DNA of 51,549 bases from positions 14,200 through 65,748 of the forward strand of contig CAZVCZ010000001.1 in NCBI GenBank assembly GCA_964626275.1, given 5' to 3'. This DNA comes from an uncultured Bifidobacteriaceae bacterium (lineage in GTDB: Bacteria; Actinomycetota; Actinomycetes; S36-B12). This document shows positions 1 to 11,510 of this stretch, in pieces. Position 1 is the stretch's first letter. Every line of letters begins with the position of its first letter. The position numbers and the translations under genes were made by a program. The notes beneath the pieces were generated by a model that was given only the letters and a program-made list of their open reading frames with translations, made no database searches and was not told where the DNA came from.

Positions 1-2
1 CA

Positions 3-1517
<1,515 letters not shown>

Positions 1518-1551
1518 GGTCCTTCAGGCCTGGGGCTCCTCAGCGAACACA

Positions 1552-1770
1552 TCAGGCTTCGGCTGCGGGGACCTCGTCGCCGAGCCGGTGCGTCTCGTCG
1601 GTGATGTCAACGGCCTGGCTGCGCAGTGAATCGCTGTGGCGGTTCCAGTGGTGGCTGCAGAACATGAGCTCACCACCACCAGCGAGGACGACACGGACGT
1701 ATGCCTGAGCGCCGCACCGATCGCAGCGGTCAGTGGCGTCGAGAGCACTGCTGGGAGCCAGGGTTGGCAT
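1552..1770 (-). CDS. Small conserved actinobacterial Cys/His protein (hypothetical, putative zinc-binding)
   Basis: 72-aa ORF containing 'CDRCGAQAYVRV...FCSHHW' (CxxC...CxHH). Codon bias is consistent with coding. It sits between sigA and the topoisomerase B-subunit gene. Confidence 0.7.
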   Translation of the reverse strand: MPTLAPSSALDATDRCDRCGAQAYVRVVLAGGGELMFCSHHWNRHSDSLRSQAVDITDETHRLGDEVPAAEA

Positions 1771-1932
1771 CGTGATCCTCCCGTGTCGTCGAGGCTGTCT
1801 CCTTAGAGGGCGGCGCCCTCATGAGCCCTAACATTGTCACACCCCTCTGACATTCCCGCGCATCGAGCCCGGGCGCGTCGGCGTGGCGGTGATCTCGGTC
1901 ACATGAGGGTTCGAGATAGCCTGACGGGCACG

Positions 1933-4035
1933 ATGAGTCCACGATCAGCAGCCAGTTCCCGAACGCGATCCGCCAAGGGTGACGGTGGTGCCTACAGCGC
2001 CCGCGATCTCGCCGTCCTGGAGGGTCTCGAGGCCGTCCGCAAGCGCCCTGGCATGTACATCGGATCGAATGACGGCCGGGGCCTCGCCCACTGTCTGTGG
2101 GAGATCGTCGACAACGCGGTCGACGAGGCGATGGGGGGCTGGTGCACCACCATCACGGTCACCATGCACCCCGACGGATCGGTCGAAGTATCCGACAACG
2201 GCCGTGGCATCCCCGTCGATATCGAGCCGAAGACCAAGCTCAGCGGCGTCGAGGTGGTGATGACCAAACTGCACGCGGGTGGGAAGTTCGGTGGTTCCTC
2301 CTATGCCGTGTCCGGTGGCCTGCACGGCGTGGGCGCCTCGGTGGTCAACGCCCTCTCCTCACGCCTCGATGTCCGGGTCGATCGGGGTGGCAAGTCCCAC
2401 GCGATGTCCTTCCGCCGGGGTTTGCCGGGGAACTTCGATGGTGATGGACCCGATGCAGGCTTCACTCGTAAATCAGGGCTGTCCGTTGTGGGCAGCACGC
2501 CGCGAAAGCGCACCGGCACCACGATCCGTTGGTGGGCGGATGCTCAGGTCTTCACCAAGGATGCCGATTACGACCTGGAGGCCATCCGGCAGCGGTTGAT
2601 CCAGACATCGTTCCTCGTACCGGGTCTCTCAGTGACGATCGATGATCAGCGCCCCGGAGGATCGACGGAGACATTCCTGCATAAGGGTGGCGTCGTCGAG
2701 TACGTCACCCAACTGGCCGCAGATGATCCTGTCACCGGTGTCATCCACCTCGTCGGGTCTGGGCACTTCACCGAAACGGTTCCGGTGCTCGATGCGCAGG
2801 GCCACCTGGATTCCACCGACGTCGAACGCGAGTTGAAGGTGGACATCGCCCTGCGTTGGGGCAGCGGCTACGAGACCGACTTACGCACCTTCGTGAACGT
2901 CATCGCCACCCCTAAGGGAGGCACGCACCTGTCGGGATTCGAGCGAGGGCTCGTGAAGGTGCTCAACGAGCAGGCGAAGGCTCAGCGGGTACTCAAGGCG
3001 AGTGAACCTCCTTTGATCAAGGAGGATGTGCTCGAAGGGCTCACCGGGATCGTCGCCATTCGCGTCCCGGAGCCACAGTTCGAGGGCCAGACCAAGGAGG
3101 TTCTGGGTACTCCCGCTGCGAGCCGGATCGTGTCCCAGGTCGTCACCCGCCAGTTGGCAAGCTGGTTGACCAAGCCACCGCGGGGTGAGAAGGCCAACGC
3201 GAAAGCGCTGTTGGAGAAGGCGGCCAACGCGATGCGGGCGAGGGTGGCTGCACGCACCCAGCGCGATACGCAGCGGCGCAAGACGGCGTTGGAATCCTCT
3301 TCGCTGCCGGCGAAGCTCGTCGATTGCCGCAGTGACGACGTGGAACGCAATGAGCTGTTCATCGTCGAGGGTGACAGTGCGCTCGGGACGGCGAAACTGG
3401 CGCGCGATGCCCAGTTCCAGGCCCTGCTTCCCATCCGCGGGAAGATCCTCAACGTTCAGAAGGCGTCCCTGTCCGACATGCTCGGCAACGCTGAATGTGC
3501 CTCGATCATCCAGGTGATCGGTGGGGGATCGGGACGCAGTTTCGACCTCGACTCAGTTCGTTACGGGAAGATCATCATCATGACCGATGCGGATGTCGAC
3601 GGTGCCCACATCCGTACGCTGCTGTTGACGCTCATGCATCGGTATCTCCAACCCCTGCTCGCCGATGGACGGGTGTACGCCGCAGTGCCACCGCTGCATC
3701 GAATCGAGGTTCCCGGACAGGGGAGCAAGCCGGGAGAAGTTCGCTATACCTATTCCGATGACCAGATGCGATCGATGATCAAGGATCTGGAGAAGAAGGG
3801 GAAGCGCTGGAAGGATCCCATCCAGCGCTACAAGGGTCTCGGTGAAATGGATGCCTCCCAGTTACGCGAGACGACGATGGCAGTCGGGAGTCGGTCCCTG
3901 CGGCGGATCGGCGTCGGCGATGCTGCGGCCGCCGCAGAGGTCTTCGAACTGCTGATGGGGACGGATGTCGCGCCTCGTCGTGAATTCATCGTAGGGTCAG
4001 CCCGGGGTATCGAGCGAAGCCGTATCGACGCCTAG
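1933..4035 (+). CDS. parE: Type IIA DNA topoisomerase subunit B (topoisomerase IV ParE-like / GyrB paralogue)
   Basis: GHKL ATPase and Toprim motifs are present: 'LEGLEAVRKRPGMYIGS', 'HCLWEIVDNAVDEA', 'ELFIVEGDSALGTAK', 'IIIMTDADVDGAHIRTLLLT' and 'QRYKGLGEM'. The track ORF starts at a TTG at 1834. I prefer the in-frame ATG at 1933, but the start is uncertain. Confidence 0.9.
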   Translation: MSPRSAASSRTRSAKGDGGAYSARDLAVLEGLEAVRKRPGMYIGSNDGRGLAHCLWEIVDNAVDEAMGGWCTTITVTMHPDGSVEVSDNGRGIPVDIEPKTKLSGVEVVMTKLHAGGKFGGSSYAVSGGLHGVGASVVNALSSRLDVRVDRGGKSHAMSFRRGLPGNFDGDGPDAGFTRKSGLSVVGSTPRKRTGTTIRWWADAQVFTKDADYDLEAIRQRLIQTSFLVPGLSVTIDDQRPGGSTETFLHKGGVVEYVTQLAADDPVTGVIHLVGSGHFTETVPVLDAQGHLDSTDVERELKVDIALRWGSGYETDLRTFVNVIATPKGGTHLSGFERGLVKVLNEQAKAQRVLKASEPPLIKEDVLEGLTGIVAIRVPEPQFEGQTKEVLGTPAASRIVSQVVTRQLASWLTKPPRGEKANAKALLEKAANAMRARVAARTQRDTQRRKTALESSSLPAKLVDCRSDDVERNELFIVEGDSALGTAKLARDAQFQALLPIRGKILNVQKASLSDMLGNAECASIIQVIGGGSGRSFDLDSVRYGKIIIMTDADVDGAHIRTLLLTLMHRYLQPLLADGRVYAAVPPLHRIEVPGQGSKPGEVRYTYSDDQMRSMIKDLEKKGKRWKDPIQRYKGLGEMDASQLRETTMAVGSRSLRRIGVGDAAAAAEVFELLMGTDVAPRREFIVGSARGIERSRIDA

Positions 4036-4045
4036 GGAGGCGATC

Positions 4046-5425
4046 ATGGGTGCAGACACGACCGGGCTGCGAATTGCCATCGTGGGAGCCGGACCCGCGG
4101 GCATGTACGCGGCCGATGCCATCGTCGCCCATGATGACCTCCCCGATGCCCATGTCGATGTTTTCGATCGTGTCCCCACACCGTTCGGTCTGGTGCGCTA
4201 CGGGGTGGCACCGGATCACCTGAGCATCCGGTCGGTCCGCGACACCCTCGACCGCTATCTCGACGAAGAGCGCATCCGATTCTTCGGCGGAGTCCAGATC
4301 GGGCCCCGCGATCAAGGTGGTGCGTTGAGCCTCGAGGAGCTGCGCGATCACTACGACGCGGTCGTCTTGACCTATGGTGCGTCGTCCGATCGCAGTCTTG
4401 GCATACCTGGTGAGGATCTACCGGGAAGCATCTCTGCCACGGAGTTCGTCCGCTGGTACACCGGTCACCCGGACACTGCGCCGGATGCTTTCACCGAGCT
4501 TCTGACGAACGCGCGTACCGCGGTCATTCTCGGTGTAGGGAACGTCGCGGTGGACGTGACTCGTGTGCTGTGCAAGTCGAGAGCCGAACTCGACCACACG
4601 GACATGCCCGCACACGTGCTGGCGGCACTCGAGGCGTCAGGAATCGAGCACGTCCATCTCATCGGTCGGCGCGGACCGGCAGAGGCCTCGTGGACCACGA
4701 AGGAGTTGAAGGAGCTCGGCGATCTGGACGTGACGTCTGTGGAGGTGGCCCCGGGAGCGTTCCCGCTGGGGTCGAGCAGCCAATCCGTGGTGGAGTCCAA
4801 CAAGGTGGCCGCTCGCAATGTGGCGGTCATCGAAGGTTGGCTCGACCTTCCTCCACGTTCGACGCCACGCCATCTGACCGTCCGCTTTCTCGCTCGTCCG
4901 GTCCGCATCATCGGTGAATCCCGGGTGGAGGCCATCGAGGTGGAACGCACTCGGATCGGCGACGACGGAACTGTTTCGGGAACCGGTGACGTGGAGACCA
5001 TTCCCACCGATGTGGTGATCCGGAGCGTGGGATACCGGGGGGAGCCACTGCAGGATGTGCCGTTCGACGAGCGCAGCGGCACCATCATCCACGTCGACGG
5101 CAGGGTCATGGCGGGATCGGAGCCGATGCCCGGGGTCTATGTGGCCGGCTGGATCAAACGTGGACCCAGCGGCATCATCGGGACGAACAAGAAGGATGCG
5201 GTCGCCACAGTGGAGTCGCTCGTCTCCGACGCCGTCTCCGGAGCACTATCTGGTCGGCGCATCGATACCGATATCGCCGAATCGCTCCAGGCCGATTACG
5301 TCGACACGGAAGGTTGGCGACGTATCGACGCAGCGGAACGTGCGTTGGGCCAGGATGCTGGGAAGGACAGGGTCACGATCCACGATCGAGCCCAGGCGAT
5401 GTCCGTCGGAGTGGCGACCTCCTAG
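4046..5425 (+). CDS. fprA: FAD-dependent NADPH:ferredoxin (adrenodoxin-type) reductase, FprA-like
   Basis: It has the dinucleotide fold 'IAIVGAGPAGMYAAD' and a second fold 'AVILGVGNVAVDVTR'. 'FGLVRYGVAPDH' matches what I recall of M. tuberculosis FprA. A GGGAGG RBS at 4035-4040 precedes the ATG at 4046, only 10 nt after the parE stop. Confidence 0.85.
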   Translation: MGADTTGLRIAIVGAGPAGMYAADAIVAHDDLPDAHVDVFDRVPTPFGLVRYGVAPDHLSIRSVRDTLDRYLDEERIRFFGGVQIGPRDQGGALSLEELRDHYDAVVLTYGASSDRSLGIPGEDLPGSISATEFVRWYTGHPDTAPDAFTELLTNARTAVILGVGNVAVDVTRVLCKSRAELDHTDMPAHVLAALEASGIEHVHLIGRRGPAEASWTTKELKELGDLDVTSVEVAPGAFPLGSSSQSVVESNKVAARNVAVIEGWLDLPPRSTPRHLTVRFLARPVRIIGESRVEAIEVERTRIGDDGTVSGTGDVETIPTDVVIRSVGYRGEPLQDVPFDERSGTIIHVDGRVMAGSEPMPGVYVAGWIKRGPSGIIGTNKKDAVATVESLVSDAVSGALSGRRIDTDIAESLQADYVDTEGWRRIDAAERALGQDAGKDRVTIHDRAQAMSVGVATS

Positions 5426-5426
5426 G

Positions 5427-7862
5427 TCACCGGTCCGGCAGGGCGCTGGCGATCGAGGCGATGGGGTCGTTCATACGTTGGCCTGTGGCGTCTCGCCGGC
5501 TTAGTTCAACAGGCAGGGCCACCGGCATGCCGGAGGATGACGCCGCTCGAGCGGGTCCCATCCCCACCCATGCCACGACAAGGGAGTCCTCGTCGCTGCG
5601 CAACCGCATGATCCGCACACCCTGGGTGCCGCGACCTTTCCGCGGAACCTCATCGAAGTCGGTGAGCTTGACCGATCCGCTGGCGGTTCCCGGAAGATGG
5701 GCGGTCGAGCCGGCCACCGTCGCCACGAGAGTGCCGGGTCCTTCCGAAACGGCAGTTGCATAGAGGACCTGGTCATCACCGGTCAATGTGATACCGGTCA
5801 TGCCACCGGCGGAGTTGCCTTGGACACGGACGGCGGCGGCGGGGAATCGGAGCATGTTGCCCGACCGGGTAATGATCACGATGTCATCCCCCTCATCGGC
5901 TCGGGTCACAGCGACGACGGAGTCGCTCTCCTTGAGACTGATGAGGCTCCAGGAGTCCTTGGAAGAGGGCGGCTCGGTATCGACCCGCTTGACCGTCCCG
6001 AGGTCGGTGACGAGCAGGGCCGTCTGAGTGAGCGTGATGAGGCCGACGATGCTCTCCCCGGGCTCGGTATCGACGAGGGCCCCGAGCGGGACACCGCCGG
6101 AAAGCGAGGGGGCGTGAGCAGTGGCAGGCAGGCTCGGTAGATCGACGACGTCGAGCCTTATCGCACGTCCTCGGGACGTGACGGCTGCGAGAGTGGCTCG
6201 AGTCGATGTGGATAGTGATTGCACGATGAGGTCATGGCTGGATCTCTCATCTGATTCCTCGAACTCCGCAGCGGCGGTGCGTGCGATCAACCCGGTGCTT
6301 GAGACTAAGACACGACATGGCTCATCGGGTATGTCCAGTGACGCTGTTGGCGTCTGGACCGTGCCGCCCTCGGACTCCAGCAGCACGGTCCGTCGAGGGG
6401 TGGAGTGTGCATCCGAGACCGACTGCATGAGGGCAGCGACCTCGCGACGCAGCGCGACGTCGTCATCGAGGATGGCCGTGAGGGCCGTGATCGTCTCGGA
6501 GAGTTGGTCCCGCTCGGATTCGAGTTCGAGGCGAGAGAACTTCGTCAGTCGACGTAGGGGCATTTCGAGGATGTAGGCCGCCTGGGTATCGCTCAGGTCG
6601 AACACGGCTGTGAGGCGTTCGCGCGCGGCGGCGGTGTCATCACTGGATCGGATGACAGCGATGACCTCGTCGATGTCGAGCATCGCGATGAGCAGGCCCT
6701 CCACGAGATGCAGTCGTTCCTGGGCTCGCTCGCGTCGGAAGGTGCTGCGGCGCCTCACGACCTCGATTCGATGGTTCACATAGACCGAGATCGCCTCAGC
6801 GAGCCCGAGGGTGCGCGGTTCACCGTCGACGAGAGCAACGCAGTTGAAGGATTGACTGTCCTCAAGGGGGGTCTTGCGATAGAGCTCGGTGAGCAGTGCC
6901 TCAGGATTCACCGTGCTCTTCACCTCGATGACGAGACGAAGTCCGGAGTCGCCATCGGTGAGATCCACGATGTCGGAGATCCCGCTGAGCTTCTTGGCGG
7001 ACACGAGATCCTTGACTCTCTCGATGATGCGTTCCGGGCCCACACCGGGTGGAAGTTCGGTGATCACGATCCCGCGCTTGCGCGGCGACACCTGTTCGAT
7101 GCGAGCAGTTCCGCGGACCTTGAACGTTCCGCGACCCGTGAGATAGGCCTCCCGGATTCCCTCGAGACCGACGATGGTGCCGCCCTGGGGGAGATCGGGT
7201 CCTGGGACGAACCTCATCAGATCCTCGACAGAGGCCTGCGGATTCAACACCAAATGGTGGGCAGCCGAGAGAACCTCGCCCAGGTTGTGCGAGGGGATGG
7301 AGGTGGCCATCCCGACGGCGATCCCTGCTGCCCCATTGACGAGCAGGGAGGGGATCTCAGCGGGAAGTACGAGCGGCTCGGTCTCTCGGCTGTCATAGTT
7401 GGGAACGAAGTCGACAACGTCCTCGTCGATGTCCGCGATCATGGCCATGGCCGCGGATGCAAGCCGGCATTCGGTGTAGCGCATGGCGGCAGGGCCATCA
7501 TCGAGCGACCCGAAATTACCGTGCCCGTCCACGAAGGGCAGCCGTAGTGTGAACGGCTGGGCGAGCCTCACCAATGCGTCATAGATGGCGCTGTCGCCGT
7601 GCGGGTGCAAACGGCCCATGACCTCACCGACCACGCGAGCGCTCTTGACATGCCCCCTATCGGGCCGCAGGCCCATCCGACCCATCTGAAAGAGGATGCG
7701 TCGTTGGACCGGTTTCAACCCGTCCCGCGCATCAGGTAGCGCACGGGAGTAGATGACGGAGTATGCGTACTCCAGGAAGGATGACCGCATTTCCGAGTCG
7801 ACATCGACATCGATGATGCGATCCGGTCCCGGGGGTGGTGACTCTTTGGACTTGCGGGCCAT
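5427..7862 (-). CDS. parC: Type IIA DNA topoisomerase subunit A (topoisomerase IV ParC-like / GyrA paralogue)
   Basis: 811-aa ORF with '[13 protein letters not shown]', '[17 protein letters not shown]' and the active-site region 'AAMRYTE'. Confidence 0.9.
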   Translation of the reverse strand: MARKSKESPPPGPDRIIDVDVDSEMRSSFLEYAYSVIYSRALPDARDGLKPVQRRILFQMGRMGLRPDRGHVKSARVVGEVMGRLHPHGDSAIYDALVRLAQPFTLRLPFVDGHGNFGSLDDGPAAMRYTECRLASAAMAMIADIDEDVVDFVPNYDSRETEPLVLPAEIPSLLVNGAAGIAVGMATSIPSHNLGEVLSAAHHLVLNPQASVEDLMRFVPGPDLPQGGTIVGLEGIREAYLTGRGTFKVRGTARIEQVSPRKRGIVITELPPGVGPERIIERVKDLVSAKKLSGISDIVDLTDGDSGLRLVIEVKSTVNPEALLTELYRKTPLEDSQSFNCVALVDGEPRTLGLAEAISVYVNHRIEVVRRRSTFRRERAQERLHLVEGLLIAMLDIDEVIAVIRSSDDTAAARERLTAVFDLSDTQAAYILEMPLRRLTKFSRLELESERDQLSETITALTAILDDDVALRREVAALMQSVSDAHSTPRRTVLLESEGGTVQTPTASLDIPDEPCRVLVSSTGLIARTAAAEFEESDERSSHDLIVQSLSTSTRATLAAVTSRGRAIRLDVVDLPSLPATAHAPSLSGGVPLGALVDTEPGESIVGLITLTQTALLVTDLGTVKRVDTEPPSSKDSWSLISLKESDSVVAVTRADEGDDIVIITRSGNMLRFPAAAVRVQGNSAGGMTGITLTGDDQVLYATAVSEGPGTLVATVAGSTAHLPGTASGSVKLTDFDEVPRKGRGTQGVRIMRLRSDEDSLVVAWVGMGPARAASSSGMPVALPVELSRRDATGQRMNDPIASIASALPDR

Positions 7863-7921
7863 GCGGTCGTCGACTTCCCTTCGTTGCTCGTGCGCAAATC
7901 AACTGGTGGATAGATCCTGCC

Positions 7922-8869
7922 CTACGGTTGGGCCCCGACCCCGGTAACGGCGCGCCCTCCGAGCACGTTGGCCTCCGCCAGGCATTCGCTGAAGCTCCGC
8001 CCACGTGAGAGTCCGGCCAGGAAGCCCGCGGCGAAGGCATCGCCCGCTCCGGTGGAGTCCACCACCTCGACCCCGATCGCGGGTGAGTGCACACGCTCCT
8101 CCCGGTACGCACCCAGTGCCCCCTCGCTCCCGCGCTTGATCACCACCCCCACGTATCGATGATCGCCTTCATGCAGCAGTTCCTCGACAGCCTCATCCGG
8201 GTTGGATCGACCGCTCAGAAGCGCGGCCTCATCGTCATTCGCGAAACAGAGGTCGACCCCCGAGGTCCAACGTCGGAACTCCGACGGACCCACGTTTGAC
8301 AGTGGGCCGGCGGATGCCGCATCCACGCTGATGGTCATGTGTCGACGACGTGCCAGATCCAGGGCACTGAGGGCAGCCATCCGGGAACCGGACTTCAACA
8401 GTGAATACCCCGACAGGTGCAGGTGCGCACCCTCGCTGAACGCTGCATCGACCAGGTCGGTGGCGGCAAGACGATCATTCGCTCCGGCATCGGGAAGCAT
8501 CGTCCGCTCGCCATCGGACTCGACGATCACGATGCACGAACCGGTCGGCTCATGGGTGTCGACCGCGAAGCTCGTTGTGACTCCCAGGCTCGACAATCGC
8601 CGCTGAGCGGATCTGCCCAGGTCGTCATTCCCGACACGTGCGATAAGAGTCACATCGCACCCGCGAGATGCGAGCCACGCTGCCGTGTTCGCGGCTGCCC
8701 CGCCGCCGTGCATCCGGATCGAGGCTGCGACGTCTGTTCCGCGAACAGGTGAAGAGCCGACCTGGGCCACGATGTCGGCCATGACATCTCCGATGATGAT
8801 GAACTGTCGGGGAACGGATCCGAACCAGGACACGAGGTCGTTCATGCGGTCGTTCCCGGGGTGGTCCAC
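7922..8869 (-). CDS. PfkB-family carbohydrate/ribokinase-like kinase
   Basis: The C-terminal PfkB signature 'VVDSTGAGDAFAAGFLAG' and an N-terminal GG motif 'HGGGAAANTAAWLA' are present. The start could instead be the second Met, at 8845. Confidence 0.8.
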   Translation of the reverse strand: MDHPGNDRMNDLVSWFGSVPRQFIIIGDVMADIVAQVGSSPVRGTDVAASIRMHGGGAAANTAAWLASRGCDVTLIARVGNDDLGRSAQRRLSSLGVTTSFAVDTHEPTGSCIVIVESDGERTMLPDAGANDRLAATDLVDAAFSEGAHLHLSGYSLLKSGSRMAALSALDLARRRHMTISVDAASAGPLSNVGPSEFRRWTSGVDLCFANDDEAALLSGRSNPDEAVEELLHEGDHRYVGVVIKRGSEGALGAYREERVHSPAIGVEVVDSTGAGDAFAAGFLAGLSRGRSFSECLAEANVLGGRAVTGVGAQP

Positions 8870-8896
8870 AGCGATGGGAAAGTCACATCATCACCG

Positions 8897-8950
8897 TAGT
8901 ACCCACGGTGGAACCCGGTGATCGCGGACGACGATGCTGGACGGGTACTA
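8897..8950. promoter_or_regulatory. 8-bp inverted repeat TAGTACCC (8897-8904) / GGGTACTA (8943-8950) in the divergent pfkB/acetyltransferase intergenic region
   Basis: Read directly from the sequence. It is relatively A/T-rich for this DNA. No function has been established. Confidence 0.25.
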
Positions 8951-8960
8951 GCGTGGTGTC

Positions 8961-11465
8961 ATGGTTGCGTCCACAGGGGATGAACCCGACGGTCTCGGGC
9001 AGTATCCGAGCGCCTGGGAGGCTGACGTTGTCCTACGCGATGGACGAACGGCCCGGCTGCGACCGATCAGTCCGGAGGATGCGGAGGGCCTTCGGGAGTT
9101 CCATGCCCGCCTGAGTGAACAGACGGTGTACTTCCGATTCTTCGCCCCGCACCCGGAATTGTCCGACGAGGAGGTCCATCGCTTCACCACGGTCGATCAC
9201 GTCGATCGGGTGGCACTGGTCATCACAGTTCGTCACCGGATCGTGGGAATAGGTCGGTTCGATCGCGTGCAGGACGCTACGGCTGAGGTTGCCTTCGTGA
9301 TTCGAGATGACTACCAGGGTCTTGGGCTCGGCTCGCTTCTCCTCGAGCATCTCGCCGCAGCGGGCAGAGAGGTGGGGATCGAGCGTTTCGTCGCAGACGT
9401 TCTCCCGACGAATGCTCGGATGCTGTCGACTTTCCGATACGCGGGATACGACGTGGTCCAGGGCTACGACGAGGGTGTCATCTCGCTCAGTTTCGACATC
9501 GCACCCACCGAGGATTCAGACGGGGTCAGGTTCGCTCGTGAACAAAGACACGAGGCGCGTTCACTCGTTGCCCTGATCCGTCCGGGATCGATAGCGATGG
9601 TGGGAGTATCGCGTCGCCCCCACTCGATCGGTTATGCCTTCCTCCGCAACCTGATCACAGGGGACTTCACGGGCAATGTGTACGTAGTCCATCCGGAGGC
9701 GAAGCAGATCCTCGGGGTGACCTGCTACCTCAGCCTCGCGGACATCCCTGAGGCCATCGACCTCGTGGTGGTCGCACTTCCAGCGGAGGATGTACCCCGG
9801 GTGGTGGACGATGCTGGCAACGTCGGTGCCCGCGCGGTGATGGTCATCTCAGGCGGCTTCGAAAATCCCGCTAGCGCGAGGCGGATCGCCCGATCAGCGC
9901 GTGATGCAGGTATGCGCCTGCTGGGCCCCGCATCGCTCGGCCTCGCGCGTTCCGACGCCTCGATGTCGCTAAACGCATCCCTTGTCGCCGATATCCCCGA
10001 CCGGGGACGCTTCGGATTCTTCTCCCAGTCCGGCGCCCTGTCCCTGGACATCCTGCACCGGATGGCATCCCGCGGAATCACGTTGAGCACCTTCGTCTCA
10101 GCGGGGCACCGCGCTGATGTCTCGGGCAACGACCTGCTCCAATTCTGGGAGGAGGACGCCGAGACCGATGCTGTCCTGATGTATCTGGAGACTGTCGGTA
10201 ATCCACGCAAGTTCGCTCGCATCGCCAGTCGACTCAGCCGACACAAGCCCATCGTCGTCCTACGCACGACCGGTGCTCGGGTGCATCATCCCCACGTCGA
10301 TCACCCGATCGCCGGGACCGTGCCGATGCGCGCGGTCGATCAGATCGTCAAGGACTCTGGCGTGATCGAGGTCGAGTCGATCGAGCAACTTCTCGACGTG
10401 GCCGATGTGCTCGGCATGCGAGGAAGCCTCAACTCCGACCGAGTAGGGCTGGTGGGCAACTCCGAGGCCGTGGAGATCCTGGCCCGATATGCCTCCGAGC
10501 AGCATGGACTCCGCTGTGTGGCGCCATCGAGGGTCATGGCACGAGGCATCAATCCACATCAGTTCCGGAGGTATCTGGACGAAGCGATCCGCGACCCTGA
10601 CGTTGATGTCGTCGTGGCCTTCTATGTCCCGCCGACGGAATCACCGGATGACCGCGTCGTCAGGGACATGATCGCCGAGCTGGGCAGCACGGTGTCGAAA
10701 CCGGTGATCGCCATCATGCTCGGGTGGGAAGCTGATGCCGTGCGCGAGGCGATGCGCTTGCGCCCGGGTGCAGGTGTTCCGGTCTTCGGTGATGTGGAAC
10801 ATGCGATGGCGGCACTGGGTCGCGTCGTGCACTATGCGACATCGACACGCCTCCACGATGATCCGACGAACATCGAGGAGAGCGAATGGACCGCTCTGTC
10901 GGGCTGTGATGCTCCGGGTGTCAGGACCATGCTCAATGCGCACCTGCGCAGGAGCGAGCGGGCACCTGTCGAGGAACTTCCCGGTGCGGACGCGAATTTC
11001 CTCCTCGAGGCGTACCGATTGCCCTTGCCGTCGATCAGGGTGAACCAAGGGGACAAGCCCACGGCTCGGATCGAGGGGGTGCGCGATTCCCTCATTGGGC
11101 CGGTGGTGTCCTTCGGTCTGTCAGGCTGGATTCCCGAGGCGCTCGGGGATCGTCACTATGCACTAGCACCGATGACATCCACGCAGGCTCGCGAACTCGT
11201 GGGCAAGTCCGTCATCACAGACTTTCCGGACTCTGCGGCTGGGGAGGACTCCCCGATCGATCTGGAGAGTCTCGCCGGAGTGGTGCGACGGTGTGCGGCG
11301 ATCCTGCACGATCAGCCCCTGATCGATCGGATCGAACTCGACGGTCTGGGCCCGGGCCCTGACGGATCACTGGTCCTCGGCACCGCGACGATTACGGTGT
11401 CACGACACCGTCGTGGCCCTTCCTGGGAGGCCCGGAGCCTCGGTGTCCTGACTGATGCCGAGTAG
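8961..11465 (+). CDS. Bifunctional GNAT acetyltransferase / NDP-forming acyl-CoA synthetase-like protein (Pat-type protein lysine acetyltransferase, GNAT domain N-terminal)
   Basis: The N-terminal GNAT has 'VAFVIRDDYQGLGLGSLLLEHL'. CoA-binding and succinyl-CoA-synthetase-like domains follow ('IAMVGVSRRP', 'DLVVVALPAE', 'FFSQSGAL'). Confidence 0.85.
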   Translation: MVASTGDEPDGLGQYPSAWEADVVLRDGRTARLRPISPEDAEGLREFHARLSEQTVYFRFFAPHPELSDEEVHRFTTVDHVDRVALVITVRHRIVGIGRFDRVQDATAEVAFVIRDDYQGLGLGSLLLEHLAAAGREVGIERFVADVLPTNARMLSTFRYAGYDVVQGYDEGVISLSFDIAPTEDSDGVRFAREQRHEARSLVALIRPGSIAMVGVSRRPHSIGYAFLRNLITGDFTGNVYVVHPEAKQILGVTCYLSLADIPEAIDLVVVALPAEDVPRVVDDAGNVGARAVMVISGGFENPASARRIARSARDAGMRLLGPASLGLARSDASMSLNASLVADIPDRGRFGFFSQSGALSLDILHRMASRGITLSTFVSAGHRADVSGNDLLQFWEEDAETDAVLMYLETVGNPRKFARIASRLSRHKPIVVLRTTGARVHHPHVDHPIAGTVPMRAVDQIVKDSGVIEVESIEQLLDVADVLGMRGSLNSDRVGLVGNSEAVEILARYASEQHGLRCVAPSRVMARGINPHQFRRYLDEAIRDPDVDVVVAFYVPPTESPDDRVVRDMIAELGSTVSKPVIAIMLGWEADAVREAMRLRPGAGVPVFGDVEHAMAALGRVVHYATSTRLHDDPTNIEESEWTALSGCDAPGVRTMLNAHLRRSERAPVEELPGADANFLLEAYRLPLPSIRVNQGDKPTARIEGVRDSLIGPVVSFGLSGWIPEALGDRHYALAPMTSTQARELVGKSVITDFPDSAAGEDSPIDLESLAGVVRRCAAILHDQPLIDRIELDGLGPGPDGSLVLGTATITVSRHRRGPSWEARSLGVLTDAE

Positions 11466-11510
11466 GACCAGACTCCGGTCCCTGCCTCATGACAGTGACA
11501 GGATGGACCT

